From Nitrososphaerota archaeon (GTDB lineage: Archaea > Thermoproteota > Nitrososphaeria_A > Caldarchaeales > Calditenuaceae): a DNA stretch of 64,000 nt. Each line of letters starts with the position of its first letter. Position 1 is the stretch's first letter. Shown piece after piece: positions 61,532 to 64,000 of this stretch. The notes under the pieces are model-generated. The model ran no database searches. It was not told the DNA's origin and saw nothing but the letters and a program-made list of their open reading frames with translations. The position numbers were made by a program, and so were the translations under genes. The stretch lies in contig JAWBQR010000001.1 in assembly GCA_038845265.1 (NCBI GenBank), forward strand, positions 38,055-102,054, in the 5' to 3' direction.

Positions 61532-63226
61532 ATGAAAATCCTTCAACTGCATGCCGACTACATTGAATATGAGCCAGTATCGAGAGAGGGCCCCATCGCC
61601 GAAGAAGCTGAAAAAAAGAAGATTCTTCTCAAAGACATACTAGTCCTTTTCACCACTATAGAGGAAACTGATACAGAAGCGATAGCTTCAAAGATGATTG
61701 ATGAGATTAAAGAGTTTACTAACAATCTGGGAATAAATAAGATTCTTATCTATCCATATGCGCACCTAAGCAATAAACTGGCGCGTCCAGAAAAGGCTCT
61801 CAAAATAATTAAACATATGGAGGATGTAGCAAAAAAAATGGGGCTCGACGTCCATCGTTCTCCTTTCGGCTGGAATAAAAGGTTTACAATATCGATAAAG
61901 GGGCATCCCCTTGCTGAACAGTTCAGAAGCGATGTACAGTTGGAAAAAAAGTCGGTCCAAAAACAAGTATTGCAAAAGCCTGCTGAAGTAACGACAAGAA
62001 TTGAGGCTAAGGAGCCGACGCATGTATTCTTAGGAAGAGAGTTAGACATCTTCTCTATAAACCCAACAGCTGGCTCTGGGCTCCCACTATATCATCCAAG
62101 GGGAGCAATAATTAGAGAAGAGCTAATCAAATTAATAAGGGAGATAAATCAGAGTTTAGGATTTCAAGAGGTCTGGACTCCGCATCTATTTAGGTCTGAA
62201 CTATGGTACAAAACAGGTCATTATGAGGCTTATCGAGAAAGAATGTTCGTGTTAGATGTTGAAGATGAGGAATACGTCGTGAAGCCAATGAACTGTCCCG
62301 GACACGCATTGATATACATGAGCAGGCCTAGGAGCTACAGGGATTTGCCAATTGCATATTCAGAATTTGCCACAGTTTATCGGAATGAGCAATCCGGCGA
62401 GCTGACGGGCTTACTGCGGGTTAGAGCGTTAACTCAGGATGATGGGCACGTTTTTTGTAGAGTAGACCAAATTAAAGATCAAGTTACAAAAATTATGAAA
62501 GCTGCACTTACAATTCATCAAAATCTAATCGGAGGAAATGTAGTAGTCAATCTTTCGACGAGGCCGGAAAAATTCATTGGCTCAGTAGAGCTCTGGGACT
62601 ACGCGACGGAAATGTTGAAGAATTCATTAGAAGAACTTCAAATCAACTATGTACTTAAAGAGGGAGAGGGAGCATTTTATGGGCCTAAGATTGACATTGA
62701 TGTTGAAGATTCTCTTGGCAGGAAGTGGCAGTGTACGACCATTCAGCTGGACTTCTTCATTCCTGAGAATTTAGGTTTAGAATACGTAGACGCGGATGGG
62801 ACGAAGAAGAGGCCAGTGATTATTCATCGCGCTCTCCTAGGTAGCTTAGATCGATATATTGCTTTACTCCTCGAGCATTATAACGGTAGGCTTCCAGTCT
62901 GGCTTTCGCCTGAGCAGGTCAGAATCATAACTGTTTCGGACAGGGTTGCCAGCTATGCAGAGAAGGTACGAGATATCCTATTGTCCAAAGGTATTAGGTG
63001 TTCCTTAAGCCTCACAGAGGGAACCGTAAGCAAAAAGATACTCCAAGCACACAGCGATAGGGTATCATTTATTGTAATAATTGGGGATAATGAAGAAAAG
63101 GAGGGCGTTATATCTGTTAGGGACGCTACTGGTAAGACATATTCGGGAATTAAGCCTGAGGAATTCGGAGAATGGGTCAAGAGGTTAATTGATTTAAGAT
63201 CAAGGAACGTTGGGATATATGAGTAG
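61532..63226 (+). CDS. thrS: Threonyl-tRNA synthetase, archaeal type with the N-terminal editing domain (start taken at MKILQLHADYIEYEP)
   Basis: An archaeal-specific editing domain N-terminus and class II motifs (the zinc site CPGH is motif 2 context). A C-terminal anticodon-binding domain follows. Confidence 0.8.
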   Translation: MKILQLHADYIEYEPVSREGPIAEEAEKKKILLKDILVLFTTIEETDTEAIASKMIDEIKEFTNNLGINKILIYPYAHLSNKLARPEKALKIIKHMEDVAKKMGLDVHRSPFGWNKRFTISIKGHPLAEQFRSDVQLEKKSVQKQVLQKPAEVTTRIEAKEPTHVFLGRELDIFSINPTAGSGLPLYHPRGAIIREELIKLIREINQSLGFQEVWTPHLFRSELWYKTGHYEAYRERMFVLDVEDEEYVVKPMNCPGHALIYMSRPRSYRDLPIAYSEFATVYRNEQSGELTGLLRVRALTQDDGHVFCRVDQIKDQVTKIMKAALTIHQNLIGGNVVVNLSTRPEKFIGSVELWDYATEMLKNSLEELQINYVLKEGEGAFYGPKIDIDVEDSLGRKWQCTTIQLDFFIPENLGLEYVDADGTKKRPVIIHRALLGSLDRYIALLLEHYNGRLPVWLSPEQVRIITVSDRVASYAEKVRDILLSKGIRCSLSLTEGTVSKKILQAHSDRVSFIVIIGDNEEKEGVISVRDATGKTYSGIKPEEFGEWVKRLIDLRSRNVGIYE

Positions 63227-63276
63227 ATTCATGTTACATTCTTATATCCTTCCGTAATAATCTCAATAAAGGGAAT

Positions 63277-64000
63277 TGAAGATTATTGGCAGAATTGGAG
63301 ATGGCTCAACGGAGACATATGCCCGAGTCATACTATTGAAAGATATTGAAAGAGAGATTAAGGCCGAGGAAATAGTACTAATTAAGAATGGAGGAGAGGA
63401 AAATCCTGTAAATGAAATAATAGGAGTGCTGAGAGAGGGCCTAGGAAAGAATGAATTTCTGAGTCATAGTGCTTATCGTCCAGACGTAGCATACCTAAAG
63501 TACGGTGGGCAACCATCAGGTGCGAGAGAGGTTTACTCATTTAGAGTAATGCCAATCGGTGTTAAGGGTGAGAACGGATTCGAGCCAAATAAGCTCATCA
63601 TCGCGCCACGCTCACCTGTATATCTATTCGAGGACGATGATAATCCTCTAGACTTATTAACAGTCAGCATCAAGGAGCCTGAATATCTAGAAGCATTTCT
63701 GGAGGGTCATGAAAAGTGGCGGATACCAGTCCTTAAGGAATACATTCCCTATCACGTTGGAATTTTCGGCAGCACTGGCAGTGGAAAGTCATGGCTCGCG
63801 AGATACGTATTAGTTGAGTTCTATAAGAGATGTGGTTATGATGTCTTGATCCTTGACTGGAGTGGCACCGACTATGTCCCCTACTTTGAGGGAAATGTCA
63901 TATCGATAACTGATATAGCATTAGATGAAGAGTCTATCTTTGCATATTTACAAGACCTCACCTACAGGTTCGGCGATAATACAAACGTCAGAGACGCTTT
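63277..64000 (+). CDS. HerA/DUF87-like (FtsK-HerA superfamily) ATPase, N-terminal fragment. A TTG start is inferred. The gene continues past the window end.
   Basis: An N-terminal barrel region (IIGRIGDGSTETYARVIL), Walker A HVGIFGSTGSGKSW and LILDWSGTDY (compare HerA D-x-HGEY). Confidence 0.45.

Overview
This 64 kb window is low-GC (roughly 35-40% by eye) archaeal chromosomal DNA. It is densely coded on both strands, mostly with housekeeping genes. The diagnostic archaeal set is present: thermosome, CDC48, RtcB, archaeal-type ThrRS, EF-1alpha, RpoN, an HMf-type histone, Fno and an LLM oxidoreductase (coenzyme F420), a probable beta-RFAP synthase (methanopterin-type cofactor), the glycine cleavage system PAB-T and an ESCRT-III/CdvB-like protein. 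The ribosomal-protein cluster is atypically fragmented: L22-S3-L29-Rpp29-S17-L14-L24-S4e-L5 stops at L5 and is followed by an inactivated family-B DNA polymerase homologue, S14 is a lone unannotated 54-aa gene about 4 kb away, and S9-RpoN-enolase-S2, S7-EF1a and S10 form separate mini-clusters. One tRNA, tRNA-Glu(UUC), lies after the thermosome gene. No CRISPR array, integrase or transposase is visible. The most unusual elements are these: (1) a same-strand cassette of a MobA/CofC-like nucleotidyltransferase with a degenerate G-loop, a UbiE-like methyltransferase and a 1026-aa YprA/RecQ-like SF2 helicase whose ~560-aa C-terminal half matches nothing I recognise and lacks the Cys cluster usual for that helicase family. 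(2) A 99-aa acidic protein, encoded immediately upstream of a KaiC-like ATPase, whose C-terminus copies the ribosomal P1-stalk factor-binding tail (ALAGxxxLFG). (3) Two perfect or near-perfect tandem duplications: 111 bp in-frame in a GtrA-like gene, and 154 bp that frameshifts a TrmI tRNA methyltransferase. (4) An RPA-like multi-OB protein translationally coupled to gcvT. (5) A partial HerA/DUF87-like ATPase at the window edge. Domain calls are from motif recognition by eye, with no database searches run.
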